Shown one piece after another: positions 62,202-64,000 of a stretch of 64,000 bases of DNA. The stretch is from Candidatus Oxydemutatoraceae bacterium (GTDB lineage: Bacteria; Pseudomonadota; Gammaproteobacteria; Poriferisulfidales; Oxydemutatoraceae): positions 1,568,001 through 1,632,000 of the forward strand of contig CBDCOZ010000003.1 of assembly GCA_965220085.1 (NCBI GenBank), in the 5' to 3' direction. Both the position numbers and the translations under genes were made by a program. Each line of letters begins with the position of its first letter. Positions within the stretch are counted from its first letter, which is position 1. The notes beneath the pieces are model-generated. The model was not told where the DNA came from, did not search any database, and saw nothing but the letters and a program-made list of their open reading frames with translations.

Positions 62202-62814
62202 CGGTCAGCGGATGTTTAAACATGGCATCCAGCACCGCCGGCGGACAACTCGCCACATCGGCCCCGGCGAGCGCACACTCGGTGACATGTTGCGCGCTGC
62301 GAATCGATGCCGCCAGAACTTGCGCCCGCAGATCATAATTGGCAAATGCCAAAGTGATATCATCGACCAAACCCACCCCGGATTCTTCGTTGTCATCCAA
62401 GCGTCCGACAAAAGGCGACACATATGTCGCGCCCGCTTTCGCCGCCAGCAAAGCTTGGGACACAGAAAAAATCAAAGTGCAGTTGGTCCTGATGCCTTCT
62501 TTTGTCAACGCGCAGATCGCGCGCACTCCTTGCGGCAACATCGGTATCTTGACCACAATCCGGGGATGGATGGCGGCCAATTCGCGCCCCTCATCGAGCA
62601 TCGCCCGATACTCGGTGCCGATCACTTCGGCGGATACGTCTCCGCCGTCAAGCTCTTCGCATATCGCCAGATAGCGGCCCCGAATATCCCGCTGCGTGCG
62701 CAATGCGCTCTCTTTTGCCAGAAGGCTCGGATTCGTTGTCACACCGTCGAGTATTCCGGTCCGATTGATACGCGCGATCTCCGCAAGGCTGGCGCTGTCG
62801 ATAAATAATTTCAT
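62137..62814 (-). CDS. Transaldolase / fructose-6-phosphate aldolase family protein
   Basis: LFIDSA, GVTTNPSL, VVKIP, YVSPFVGRLDD. Confidence 0.93.
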   Translation of the reverse strand: MKLFIDSASLAEIARINRTGILDGVTTNPSLLAKESALRTQRDIRGRYLAICEELDGGDVSAEVIGTEYRAMLDEGRELAAIHPRIVVKIPMLPQGVRAICALTKEGIRTNCTLIFSVSQALLAAKAGATYVSPFVGRLDDNEESGVGLVDDITLAFANYDLRAQVLAASIRSAQHVTECALAGADVASCPPAVLDAMFKHPLTDAGLEKFLSDYEKIGQQKQSQ

Positions 62815-63995
62815 CGGCTCTTGTTCTCGATGGCGGTCAATTTAACCGGGCACGACGACAGGCCGCTCTGGCGGCGCAGGATCGAGCGCCCCAGTTGGGG
62901 ATTGCTGAAATGGGAAGGCAGTATCGCATAGCCATTGTCCTGCCATTCCTCGAGTGTCGGACCGTTAAATGTGCAATGCGAATTCTCGGTCTCGTAGATA
63001 TTAATTTCCGTCAACGACGGGATGTAGTCAAGCAAGCGTTGCCACGCATAGACACTCAGCAATTCGGTACTCGAGCGCCAACTCAACGACGGGTCTGCCA
63101 GATTCAAGTGCGCGTGATCAAGCGAATTGACAACCCGCTTTTTAAGCGTCGCTTTGAGATAGGCATAGTCGGTTACAAACCCGGTATAAGGATCAATACG
63201 ATCGGTTACCGTAACGATCAGGTTGTAACGCCCGCCGTGCATATTGGAACAAGCTCCCGGGTGATCGGTTATGAAATGCGCCGAGTCAAAACTCACCTCT
63301 TTGGTAACCGATGCCATCGGCGTATCTTCATAGAGGTGTTCGTGAGCGTGCGGAATCTCATTGACATACGAGCGTATGAAACTCAGGAAACAGTTTGCAT
63401 CATCGATCGTCTCGGTGCGGAAAAATGCCTGATTATCAATAGCTTCCAGCTCCACAAAGGACACCTTGAATTCCTTTTCTGCGGCCATTTTCCATTGTTG
63501 TCCTTGCTCGCGATTCGCAAAAGGCACAAAGATATAACCAGCGCTTAAAAAAGAGCCGACAGCCGCTATGACCGATGTGAAATGCAGCAAATCGACCGAA
63601 GAAAAACGTGTCGGATCGGCCGGGCCATGGTCGATGTTAGCGGCGCGCGCCCTTAAACAGTTCCGCGCGACCACACGGTGGCTGGCAGCGGTAAACAGAT
63701 ACTCTTGACGGAAGACAAAACCATGCGCTTTGACCTGCCGCAACAGCCACAGCAACTGATCAAGCCGCCTCACCTCGCCGGGAATTTCAACAAAGTCGCC
63801 CTTGACTCGCAACATGCCGGCCGCGTCTATCGCGCTCAAAACCAAACGCGCGCGGGGCGACGGAGCAAGCGCAATCTCCGGGTAGTCGGCAATATCCGCG
63901 ACCGGGTTCAACAAGCGCTCGGGAATAATAATATCGAGCGGCAAGCGATGCCGCAACGCGTACTCCTGCAACGTCAGTCCGCAACAATCGATCAA
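62811..63995 (-). CDS. Protein with C-terminal QueD/PTPS (6-carboxytetrahydropterin synthase) domain; 5' end probably outside the window
   Basis: FDSAHF...CSNMHGGRY...LDHAHLN...STE...ETEN in the last ~170 aa; N-terminal part not recognised. Confidence 0.75.
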   Translation of the reverse strand: MIDCCGLTLQEYALRHRLPLDIIIPERLLNPVADIADYPEIALAPSPRARLVLSAIDAAGMLRVKGDFVEIPGEVRRLDQLLWLLRQVKAHGFVFRQEYLFTAASHRVVARNCLRARAANIDHGPADPTRFSSVDLLHFTSVIAAVGSFLSAGYIFVPFANREQGQQWKMAAEKEFKVSFVELEAIDNQAFFRTETIDDANCFLSFIRSYVNEIPHAHEHLYEDTPMASVTKEVSFDSAHFITDHPGACSNMHGGRYNLIVTVTDRIDPYTGFVTDYAYLKATLKKRVVNSLDHAHLNLADPSLSWRSSTELLSVYAWQRLLDYIPSLTEINIYETENSHCTFNGPTLEEWQDNGYAILPSHFSNPQLGRSILRRQSGLSSCPVKLTAIENKSR

Positions 63996-64000
63996 GTGTT

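Overview
A GC-rich gammaproteobacterial chromosome segment that is mostly housekeeping: the S10 and str operons, rpoC/rpoB, rplL-J-A-K, nusG, secE, two tuf copies, seven tRNAs, thrS-infC-rpmI-rplT-pheS-pheT-ihfA, uvrB, thrC/hom, surE-pcm-nlpD, Moco genes, ilvC/ilvH, an M48 protease and a transaldolase. Two accessory islands interrupt it, one between rpsL and rpoC (about 9.9-15.6 kb) and one between moaE and moaB (about 50.4-55.6 kb). Together they hold four genes for predicted Sec-exported proteins that all end in the same 12-residue tail, LRLR[L/I/V]FLEGPLR-stop, although the passengers are of two unrelated types (three Ig/cadherin-like repeat proteins, one Cys-rich repeat protein). This is the best candidate for an undescribed system: a short C-terminal sorting or docking tag. 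Supporting features are out-of-frame poly-C tracts (18 and 14 nt) in the signal-peptide coding region of two copies, a duplicated ~630-bp promoter-leader-signal module that ends at the predicted cleavage site, an 8 x 58-bp array built from the DNA encoding the tag end, and inverted repeats bounding the second island. Two paralogous fucosyltransferase-like genes are also present. All family assignments are from motif recognition by eye; no database search was run.
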